A stretch of DNA of 64,000 bases from Octopus vulgaris (lineage: Eukaryota). Both the position numbers and the translations under genes were made by a program. Numbering within the stretch: the stretch's first letter is position 1; each line of letters begins with the position of its first letter. Of this stretch, positions 15,101 through 64,000 are shown piece after piece. The notes beneath the pieces were generated by a model. The model was not told where the DNA came from. It made no database searches and worked only from the letters and a program-made list of their open reading frames with translations. The stretch covers positions 16,182,001 to 16,246,000 of the forward strand of contig OX597815.1 in NCBI GenBank assembly GCA_951406725.2, given 5' to 3'.

Positions 15101-18100
15101 AAATTAATTACAAATTACTTCATTGCTCTCAACTCCAGTCTTGGGTGGGGAGCATGGTCCATATTGGCTCATACATGAATCTGACCCTGCATACATATAT
15201 AGGTAGTTAGATGTCCCAGATATGCCAAACCTTAGCCTGTTCTCTGCTCATATGGCACAGGAGTTCATTGAATGGCATTCAATATATTAAGGTAGCTGGC
15301 ATGTAGTTTATTATTCAGTCTTTGTATAATTGAATGATGGTTATAGTTGCCATGTTTGAAAAGGCGGACTTTGTCGCCTTTCTGGCACTTGTGCCTGTGC
15401 TAGTAGAGTGCCAAGAGCACCATCTGAGCATGATCGTTGCCAGAGCGGCTAACTGGTTTCCGTGTAGGTGGCACGTAAAAGGCACCATTCAAGCGTGACC
15501 ATTACCAGCATCGCTTTACTGGCACCTGTGCCGGTGGCATGTGTAAAAAGATTCGAGTGAGGTCGTTGCCAGTACCGCCTGACTGGCCTGTGCCGGTGGC
15601 ACGTAAAAAGCACCCACTACACTCTCGGAGTGGTTGGCATTAGGAAGGGCATCCAGCTGTAGAAACTCTGCCAGATCAAGATTGGAGCCTGGTGCAGCCA
15701 TCTGGTTCGCCAGCCCTCAGTCAAAATCGTCCAACCCATGCTAGCATGGAAAGCGGACGTTAAACGATGATGATGAATACACTGAGCATTTTAAGTCTCT
15801 TCAGGCTGGTAATGATGGTCCTGTGAAGAAAGTATAATGATGTTAATTACTCAAATAAGAGTAATGTTTGTCATTGTGGATGTTTGAGATGGGATGGTGA
15901 TAATCCTCATTAACGAGGATGATAATGGTTGTTGGTAGTAATCGTTGATAACAGGAGATTGTCTTTTAATTACATCTGTGCTTGTGTTAATATCTAAATA
16001 TCAGCCAGCATTTAATGCTGTAATATATAATAAGGTATAAAGTACAATAGCTGTAATTTAAAGTTCTTGTTGCTCAGGCAATTAGAGACAGGTGCTATGC
16101 CTACTTCACAGTTGAGTGGCTAGCAAAAGGAAAGGTGAATGCTGTGAGGAAAACAATGTAAAATAACTGGAAAAAAACCCCCATGCTGGTAGTTTGTTAG
16201 ATTAGTTATTAAATGTATACATCCTTAATGAAGGACATTTTCGGTGATATTAAAGTAATTCTCAACTCATTTTACATTTTTGATGCAGTCATGGCTCTTT
16301 TTTTTTTTTTTTTTTTTTTTAAACAGGTATTTGCAGGTTGAATGGGACACAAGAAAGAAGACCCCTAAACGAACGTTTGACAAAGATTTCATCAAAGGAG
16401 GTGTTCCAAAAGTACCTCAACAGAACAACTACAGTGATTGTGGGGTTTATGTGCTGCAATATGTAGAAAGTTTTTTTAAGGTGATTATTTTATTTGGTTT
16501 TTTTCACTCAGCAATGCTCACAAAAGTTAATAGATTGAACTACTTCAGACATCAGTGTAAATTATTGGAAGAACGGGCTTGTCTTCTAATCCATCTAGTT
16601 TCTCTGATAACTGGTGAAATTGTTTTTACAGTTTTAACTATATTTAAAATATAGACAGAGAACTAAAGGCAGTATATCCTGATTGCCAATCTTTTCTTAA
16701 CACTGTCTATTCGTGCTATTACAGTATACTTTATGTAACATTCCTGAACTTATACTGAATCTCCAGTTACCACATGACGTAACAGTAAAATTATAGTGGT
16801 AAAAATTTTATTCACAAGGCACTATAGTCATGAGCTTGTCAGTTCCTGATCCGTGAAATTTGGTAGATGGAAACTGTATGGAAACCTATTATGTGTGTGT
16901 ACTGTTCACTGAATTATAAACAAAATCATTTTCTACGCAATGGTGTTTTTTTACAACCTTTCCACAAACATGTCCAACCATTGAGCTCTTCATTGCTTGA
17001 AAGACCAAGGGAAATAATACTAAACTTGGAAACAAGTGAGGGTTGGCAACAAAAAGAGCATCCGACTTCAGAAGATGTATTTCCATAAGTTTCATCTGGC
17101 CTCTACCAGCATGGAAAAGAGTATATTAAAATGATGATGATGATATGCATGTGTGTTTATGCTTCTGTCTGTGTGTCTTCACATTGATGCAGTACGAGTA
17201 AAAACGTTGGTGTTTGCTTACATCTCCCATAAGCACTACATCCTTGTGGCTTGACAGCTTTGATGTGTGAAGACTAGTGGAAAAATACCGTTAAAAATAA
17301 GTATGAGTTAACAACAGAAAGGGCATCCAACTACAGAATACTGCCTCAGTAAGCCTTGTCTGCTTTTTCCATCCCATCATGGAAAAAATAGTCTTAAAAA
17401 TAATCATTTTCATATCTGGAATGCTAGTTTTAGGCATCATACATAAATATTTTATTGGTTTCTTCTAAGCCAATTGATAGTCTTAATTTGTTTTTAACCT
17501 ATGTTTTCATACTTTCCAACCAGTGATAAAAAGTATAGGCAGTGGTGCCTGTGTGTGTGTAACCAAGACTGGTTATGGATCCCTTCTTCATCATCATCAT
17601 CATCATTGTTTAACGTCCGTTTTCCATGCTAGCATGGGTTGGACGGTTCGACCGGGGTCTGGGGAAACCAAGAGGCTGCATCAGGCTCCAGTCTGATCTG
17701 GCAGTGTTTCTACAGCTGGATGCCCTTCCTAACGCCAACCACTCTGTGAGTGTAGTGGGTGCTTTTTATGTGCCAGGGTAGGCTGGCAATGGCCACGATT
17801 GGTTGGTGCTTTTTACGTGCCACCGGCACGGAAGCCAGTCAAGGCGGTGCTGGCATCGGCCACGTACGGATGGTGCATTTTACGTGCCACCAGCACGGGT
17901 ATCACAACTACAATTTCCATTTGATGTTGATGTACTTGACTCAACAGGTCTCCTCAAGCACAGCAGGTCGCCCAACAATCCAAGGTACTTTGGAAGGGCT
18001 GGGGCTTCTATGCTGGTGCAGGAGACAGCCATGAACTCACATTATTTGTCGGGTCTTCGCAGTCACAGCATATCTCCAGAGATCTCGGTCACTATATCAT

Positions 18101-19308
18101 ATTGCCTGTATAAGGTTATTGGACTACCCCATATTCAATTTTCCATCACTGCCTCTTTGGCTTACCATGTGGCTTGTGTATAAAGGATTGCATCAAACTT
18201 GTATGCCATCACTTTCTGTAACACCAGTCACCATTCTTTTTTGGGCCAGTCATTATTAATTGACACCCATCATTCTGTATTTACAATTGTCCACCTCTAT
18301 TACTATCTAAGATTCTCTCTCCCTCTCCACTGCCCCATCACCCCAGTCAATGTGTTTCTACCCCCATATTCTTGTTTCTTGACATCTCAAGTGCTGGTGT
18401 CAATAAAATGCACCCAGTGCATGATGATAGCACGATTGGTGTTATGACAAACATCCAGCTGTTTCTATGGTTAGAAACTATGCCTGAAAATGAAATAATT
18501 ATAATATACTAATCGTTGTCAGCTGGCCTCCGTGCCAGTGGCACGTAAAAGACACCATTCGAGCGTTATCGTTACCAGCATCGCCTTACTGGCACCTGTG
18601 CCGCTGGCATGTGTAAAAGATTCAAGCGAGGTTGTTGCCAGTACCGTCTGACTGGCATGTAAAAGCACCCACTACACTCTCGGAGTGGTTGGCGTTAGGA
18701 AGGGCATCCAGCTGTAGAAACTCTGCCAGATCAAGATTGAAGCCTGGTGCAGCCATCTGGTTCGCCAGCCCTCAGTCATTCGTCCAACCCATGCTAGCAT
18801 GAAAGCAGGCGTTAAACGACGATGATGATGATGATGATACTTTACTTGAAAAATAAGGTTTAGTGACAGGATGAGCATCCAACTGTAAAATACTGCCTCA
18901 ATGTCTTCTTTAACAGATGTCAGTATGAAAAAAGTAGACATAAAAACAAGACTATTTTTGTGTATACATGTCGCCATTTCGGCACCTACTTTTCAGTGCT
19001 TATATAGGAGGCAACAGCATGTTAGGTCAGAGTTTTTTTTTTTTTTTACCTGGATGCCTTTCCTGCTGCCAACCCCCACTTGTACATATATTTGTATACA
19101 TATATTGTGTACATATATTTGTAATTTTGTTTTAAATTTTAATTTGTCTGTTTTTCAGAATCCTATAAAAGACTTCACCATTCCTATTCGAATACATAAC
19201 TGGTTCTCTGAAGAACAAGTTAATTCAAAGCGCCAAGAGATCCAAGAACTTATTTGGAACTTGAAGAAAGATGTGGATGAAAAAAGTTCTTCTACCAATA
19301 AAAGCTGA
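205..19308 (+). CDS. SENP6/7: SENP6/7-like SUMO-chain-editing protease (peptidase C48), 3' portion of multi-exon gene; 5' exons lie upstream of the window
   Basis: Spliced exons 205-289, 422-629, 4540-4716, 6757-7084, 9312-9428, 9727-9858, 10168-10260, 11055-11199, 13084-13145, 13721-13789, 16327-16480, 19159-19308 join in phase. Motifs: YPPPPAKGG...[63 protein letters not shown]. Confidence 0.93.
422..629 (+). CDS. SENP6/7: SENP6/7 exon (LGNVVSRVG...CMLFKFT)
   Basis: Pyrimidine tract plus cag acceptor; gtaagt donor at 630; phase 1 joins the exon at 4540. Confidence 0.8.
1075..1450. repeat. Degenerate (TG)n/(TATG)n microsatellite tract
   Basis: Direct inspection; source of spurious Cys/Val ORFs. 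Confidence 0.9.
1895..2298 (+). mobile_element. tRNA-derived SINE, family A (GGCGCAGGAGTGGCTGTGTGG head, CCTTGGGCAAGT core-like box, GTAAAAGA-type tail)
   Basis: A-box and B-box (GGTTCAGTCCC); near-identical copies at 58894-59287 (+) and 51294-51688 (-). Confidence 0.85.
2658..2888 (+). mobile_element. tRNA-derived SINE, family B (GGCGAGCTGGCAGAAACG head; GCCTTTCATCCTTTC.GGGTCGATAAA central box)
   Basis: At least five similar copies in the window; B-box GAGTTCAAATTCC. Confidence 0.85.
3140..4415 (+). mobile_element. Full-length mariner (D,D34D) transposon, inactive
   Basis: ~30-bp TIRs (TTGGGTTGTCCGGAAAATTCATGCCGATTT / AAATCGGCACGAACTTTCCAGACAGCCCTA), TA target duplication, 1276 bp. Confidence 0.93.
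3322..4341 (+). pseudogene. Mariner transposase pseudogene
   Basis: WVLHELSE (WVPHEL), TGYEKW (catalytic D to Y), [19 protein letters not shown]; stop at 3832-3834 and frameshifts. Confidence 0.9.
4540..4716 (+). CDS. SENP6/7: SENP6/7 exon (EDKPIEFKV...YDPNSS)
   Basis: ttttttag acceptor, gtaagt donor at 4717; phase consistent on both sides. Confidence 0.85.
4930..5321 (+). mobile_element. Non-autonomous Helitron
   Basis: A|TC start, CTAG|T end, subterminal GC hairpin CCCGAGCAACGCCGGG, no TSD. Confidence 0.82.
5667..5977 (-). mobile_element. 5'-truncated copy of the dominant RTE LINE 3' end ((GAT)n tail)
   Basis: Matches the terminal module at 47470-47660 and includes several GGCACGTAAAAAGCACC subrepeats. 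Confidence 0.85.
6757..7084 (+). CDS. SENP6/7: SENP6/7 exon ([10 protein letters not shown]...FSGPVE)
   Basis: tttcag acceptor, gtatgt donor at 7085; F-x-GPVE precedes the catalytic domain as in SENP6. Confidence 0.88.
8084..8390 (-). mobile_element. RTE LINE reverse-transcriptase fragment
   Basis: GIHQGSVLS and LLHTDDLVL (degenerate YADD), [10 protein letters not shown]. Confidence 0.85.
9312..9428 (+). CDS. SENP6/7: SENP6/7 exon, start of catalytic domain ([39 protein letters not shown])
   Basis: SENP6/7-specific loop-1 PPPPAKGG; tttag acceptor, gtaag donor. Confidence 0.95.
9727..9858 (+). CDS. SENP6/7: SENP6/7 exon ([28 protein letters not shown]...)
   Basis: Conserved FSSFFYKRL; aag acceptor, gtaagt donor. 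Confidence 0.93.
10168..10260 (+). CDS. SENP6/7: SENP6/7 exon ([30 protein letters not shown])
   Basis: Conserved [20 protein letters not shown]; canonical splice sites. Confidence 0.95.
11055..11199 (+). CDS. SENP6/7: SENP6/7 exon with catalytic His ([12 protein letters not shown]...)
   Basis: HWFLA motif; ttag acceptor, gtaagg donor. Confidence 0.94.
11430..12464. repeat. Fold-back structure with ~218-bp near-perfect inverted arms and a third partial arm inside
   Basis: 11430-11648 is the reverse complement of 12245-12464; partial copy at ~11703-11812. Confidence 0.9.
13084..13145 (+). CDS. SENP6/7: SENP6/7 small exon ([20 protein letters not shown])
   Basis: tgcag acceptor, gtaagt donor; supplies the phase 0 to phase 2 link needed between the His and Asp exons. 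Confidence 0.8.
13721..13789 (+). CDS. SENP6/7: SENP6/7 exon with catalytic Asp ([24 protein letters not shown])
   Basis: PCILIFDSL motif; tgtag acceptor, gtaagt donor. Confidence 0.94.
14060..14226. mobile_element. hAT (Charlie-type) MITE
   Basis: TIRs CAGTGGTTTTCAA / TTGAAAAGCACTG; perfect 8-bp TSD CTCTAGAC. Confidence 0.88.
14440..14820 (+). mobile_element. RTE LINE 3'-end copy
   Basis: Conserved terminal module, subrepeats and GAT tail. Confidence 0.82.
15375..15775 (+). mobile_element. RTE LINE 3'-end copy (second subfamily)
   Basis: Terminal module variant (CAGCCATCTGGTTCGCCAG) and GAT tail. Confidence 0.82.
16327..16480 (+). CDS. SENP6/7: SENP6/7 exon with catalytic Cys (YLQVEW...[23 protein letters not shown])
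   Basis: PQQ.N.SDCG motif; poly-T tract plus acag acceptor, gtgatt donor. Confidence 0.95.
17588..18110 (-). mobile_element. RTE LINE 3'-end copy reaching the ORF C-terminus
   Basis: (CAT)n on +; distal part encodes DRDLWRYAV on -, matching the RT C-terminus near 46135-46170. Confidence 0.82.
18513..18838 (+). mobile_element. RTE LINE 3'-end copy
   Basis: Terminal module and (GAT)n. Confidence 0.82.
19159..19308 (+). CDS. SENP6/7: SENP6/7 last coding exon ([35 protein letters not shown]...*)
   Basis: tttcag acceptor; conserved WF...KR.EI..LI; TGA at 19306-19308. Confidence 0.92.
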   Translation, partial: NPIKDFTIPIRIHNWFSEEQVNSKRQEIQELIWNLKKDVDEKSSSTNKS

Positions 19309-19691
19309 CGCTGATTTCTGTTGGGTACTGATCCATCATAAACGAATCAACTTCCAGCAGGGTGACTTGTGTTCCCTGCTGCCCAATGGCTCTTGCTGGA
19401 GTTGGGATGGGGGGGAGAGAGAAAGAAAGAGAGAGCAGCACCGCTACGGCGGCCAATGGGTCAGAGCACTGATTTATGAAAATAAACCTGGTATCCAGGT
19501 CAATCCAACAAGACTGCTGAAAGGAAATGTCTTTTAAGAGATATTGAAAGATTATGCAGTTACTTTCTTGATTCACTGGAATTTCTCATCTCCACTACCA
19601 ACTACTTCTCTTCCTCTTCACATAGCAACTTACTTGCTACTCTTTTTCTTGTCTTGTTTGCTTCTTACATTGATTTCTTTCTAACTAGTAA

Positions 19692-19820
19692 AATATATAT
19701 ATATATATATATATGTATGTATATATATATGTATATATACACATACACACACACACATATATACAGGTGTATATACACACACACATACAGAGATCTATTA
19801 TATACAAATACATACATATG
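19692..19820. repeat. (TA)n/(CA)n microsatellite in the SENP6/7 3' UTR
   Basis: Direct inspection. Confidence 0.85.
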
Positions 19821-21092
19821 TTTTTCCTCTCAATAGCTGCTGCTCTTCCAGCCACTAATGTTTTATCTCTGGTTGTGGAAACTATTATGATTATTTATTA
19901 TTTTTGTAATAAAATACTCTCATTAGAAGTATGGAAGATACAATTGGCTCTGAGCTTCACATCTTGTTAGTGCCTTGTTGATCTCTTCATTGACAACTGA
20001 CAAATGCTCAGAGACCACATTTTAAATCTATTTTTCTCCTAAAATTAGTGTGCTGGATATTTCCTGCTCTCTTTCTACCACGACCACCACTACTATTCCC
20101 CTGCCCATGTGATAAAATCCTGCGTAGATGGCAAGTGTCATACTCCTTCCTTTCATCTGAATATACTGTCATATCTACAAGGATACAATTGTTTAGTGAA
20201 TGACTGGACAGAAGAAAACATTGCAATTTCCTGCTCATACAGGTGCAGCAGGTATTGCACATACAAAACTTATGGTGGGCAGCTTTACCAAAGAGCAAAA
20301 CTACCAGAAAGTAAATTTTAATGGATTATATATAAATAAATAAATAATAAAAATTCTTCATTAAAGTTGCTCCTTGAATTTACTTTACCATGCTGCTTTT
20401 TATGTAATCATTTTGGTTAAAGCTTTGGCTTGGCTGGTTTTTCTAGCAGGAATAACCACCATAGACATGGGATACTATTTGGGTTATCACTTCTACCTCT
20501 ACTATATCACACAATATGAATTTAAGATTTGCCTTTAATTCATGTTGGTTTCAGTTGGATTTATTTTGAAGAAAACAAATGACATTTCAGTTGAAAGACT
20601 AACAAGAAATCTATTTTCCTGTCTACTATATTTATTAATTTAATAAAATTTTGCAAATTTTCTGTTAGCAAGATAAAAATTTTACCAGAGACTGTTCTAA
20701 TTTCCTTTGACATTATCACTATAGAAAATTGTTGGTAATATATTTAGTGTCAAACTGTAAACATATCTAAGGCAAATTGAAGAGATGCAAGTGGAAAATT
20801 TAGCTGCATTTAAGATAGAAATTGTTTGTATGGTGCCATTTATGGCAAGAACATTTAGATATATAGCCAAAAGAAACATTTTCTATCCTTCTAACTTAGA
20901 ATTGTTAGCCTTTAATTTCTTTTTATAAAACCATCTGTTTTTATTACAAATTTCTGTTCCAAATATGTCAATTGTTTATAAAAAAAAAGCACAGCAAGTT
21001 GTGGGATTAAGTATATTTTTATAAGAAATTGTCATGTTAACTTTCATCTTGTAAATGATTTTCTGAAGTTAAATTGTATATGAAATGTATAA

Positions 21093-21098
21093 AATAAA
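21093..21098 (+). terminator. Candidate polyadenylation signal of SENP6/7 (other AATAAA near 20335-20350 and 20642)
   Basis: AATAAA hexamer downstream of the stop; AT-rich context makes this weak. Confidence 0.3.
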
Positions 21099-21454
21099 AT
21101 GTTTAAATAGGCATGAAAACTTTAAATGACTGCAGTTGTGTCCATGATTACCATGTAATAGTTTCATGGATATGAACTAGTGTTCTATAAGATTGCAATA
21201 CTGTACCTCGATCATAATGATGTTACCCAGCTACAAGTGGGAACTGCAGAAATTGCCATAGTAGTACCAAGTACTGGATATCTCGATTCAGATATTTGTT
21301 GGTATCTGACTAAATTTAAGTGTTAGCTATAAATCTGTCTCATGCGTTCCAACTGCATTATTATTCCTTGTTTGCTACCTGGCCAAGCGCTTACTCCAAT
21401 CACACACCTTTTTTTTTTCACTTTTTGTAACAGCTACAAAACAAGTCATACACT

Positions 21455-21460
21455 TTTATT
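21455..21460 (-). terminator. Candidate polyadenylation signal of ATM
   Basis: tttatt on + (AATAAA on -) about 1.1 kb past the ATM stop. Confidence 0.3.
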
Positions 21461-22568
21461 GTGTCAACTAAACAACACCGTTTCTATTCTAACTTGAAAC
21501 TAATGTCCTTGAGGAAAAGTATAAAAATTACAATTTTCCTCTTTCCCTAAATATACAGGATTTATATGTGAAAAAAAAATCCATTATTATATTAGCTGCC
21601 TGTTCAGTCCCAGGATAGCTAAGATTTAGTTTTCCAAATGTGACTGTTTCATCCTCTTTTCAGATACAATATATATATATATATGACTACATTTTCTAAT
21701 GTGTCCTCTTTTAAATTAAAGTCACAGCCAATGAGTCTACTGTGTGTTACCAACAATCCACTTGACTAAGCAGGTACAGCCAGGAAGTAAAATCTTTCTG
21801 ACTGCAAAGTAACAGTATACTGTTAGACAAGAGATCCATTGGCTTCCAGTGGGGAAAGTTCCTTTTGATAGACTAGTGTTATATCCCAGAGGAAAACTTA
21901 TCCCTCATCTGCTGAACCTACAAAAGGTTGCTATTTACAACTCAAGTGACCACGTTGAGGCTATCTTATATTAACGTCATCTTATGAGATAATCTTTTGA
22001 ATAAATGTTGTATTGACTACATAACTGTGAACAGTATAGGCAGTATGTTTCTTAGTTTACTAAAACATCACTTGTCTGATCAATGTTGAAAAGTGTCAAC
22101 CAGCATTCAAAAGTATCTGGTTGTTCTTTTTTTTTTAAAAAAAAAGAAAAACTAAACTTCTTAATACAGAAGTTTATATTTAAAATGCTAGTATTATAAG
22201 TGATATAATCTAGCCTCTCACACCTTCCCTACAATGTCATTCTAAAAATAATCATATCAATATCTCAAAGCCACGTGATAATGCATGGTTAATTCAAAAC
22301 GGTGTTAATGAATTAGCATTACATTTGACAGTAATCTGAATGCTAAAGGATTAATTATATGTAGGATGTCCATTTCAAGCCGATTCTCTAAAAAGAAAAA
22401 TTACTTGTGATGTTATAATTTCCTAACCAAGAGAGAAGTTTCTAATATTTAAATACTTCTGTGACTTCATGGAATGTTATGGTTGGTGCAGCGCAGCAGT
22501 TAACGTGTGAATAGTGATTTTCAGAATAAGAAATCAAAAACGAGAGACTTAAAAATAGAAAATATTTA

Positions 22569-63939
<41,371 letters not shown>

Positions 63940-64000
63940 CTGTCAATGGCATAAATAAATGATACTATATTATTGTCACTCCCCTATATAGCTGAGAGAA

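Noticed and set aside
22096-22354. Possible decayed piggyBac-type MITE downstream of the ATM stop
   Set aside because: Only the right end (GAATGCTAAAGGATTAA) is convincing; the left terminus is too degenerate to call.

Overview
AT-rich, intron-rich animal genomic DNA. The SINE and LINE families look like those of Octopus, which is an inference and not a database match. Two protein-coding genes converge tail to tail. On + is the 3' part of a SENP6/7-type SUMO protease (12 exons; stop at 19308; His-Asp-Cys catalytic triad visible). On - is the 3' part of ATM kinase (20 exons covering FAT, kinase, PRD and FATC; stop at 22569). I checked GT-AG boundaries and reading phase by hand for each exon junction. 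The introns are packed with mobile DNA. This includes about 25 5'-truncated copies of one RTE-clade LINE with a (GAT)n tail, a second RTE lineage, a CR1-type fragment and several tRNA-derived SINE families. DNA transposons include a full-length dead mariner, a truncated maT/Tc1-like element, two non-autonomous Helitrons, and hAT and piggyBac MITEs. Most notable: (1) a Penelope-like element whose 3' end carries a tRNA-like Pol III head, an (AAT)n run and a degenerate hammerhead-ribozyme motif, with a 6 x 150-bp internal tandem array; (2) a hairpin-rich ~66-nt module in the RTE 3' UTR expanded into near-perfect arrays; (3) a PHD-like finger inside the RTE reverse transcriptase; (4) several ~100-200-bp local duplications and fold-backs at retro-insertion junctions. 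No prokaryotic features or CRISPR arrays. Repeat boundaries are approximate.
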